Positions 63,912 to 64,000 of a DNA stretch of 64,000 bases are shown here, piece by piece; within the stretch, counting starts at the first letter, position 1, and each line of letters starts with the position of its first letter. This DNA comes from Octopus sinensis (Eukaryota), in assembly GCF_006345805.1 (NCBI RefSeq), contig NC_043003.1, forward strand, positions 1,116,001 through 1,180,000, read 5' to 3'. The notes below the pieces were generated by a model. It had not been told where the DNA came from. It was given only the letters and a program-made list of their open reading frames with translations, and did no database searches. A program made the translations under genes and the position numbers.

Positions 63912-64000
63912 TATATATATGTACTCATGTACATTTATGGATATAGACAGATAAGATCGATAATTCGATATACACCTGCGTATCTGTGTATGTATATATG

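Overview
AT-rich eukaryotic genomic DNA packed with microsatellites and tRNA-derived SINEs. The repeat families look like those of a coleoid cephalopod, most likely Octopus; this is an inference and no search was run. No host gene can be securely annotated, although one candidate coding exon lies at 26529-26654 (-). Nearly every ORF in the supplied track is either a microsatellite artefact or transposon-derived. Recognisable elements are: a near-intact CR1-group LINE, an RT-deleted CR1-group LINE whose 3' tail matches the commonest SINE, RTE fragments, R4/Dong fragments nested in (TAA)n, a Penelope (GIY-YIG) fragment, a decayed Gypsy element with LTR and PBS, Chapaev3-like and Tc1/mariner transposase relics, several MITEs and long foldback palindromes. 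The most notable signal is a Penelope-linked minimal hammerhead ribozyme with a compensatory U3-A8 core pair (24359-24398), together with other hammerhead-like remnants, two of them inside foldbacks. Coordinates of degraded repeats are approximate and were read by eye.
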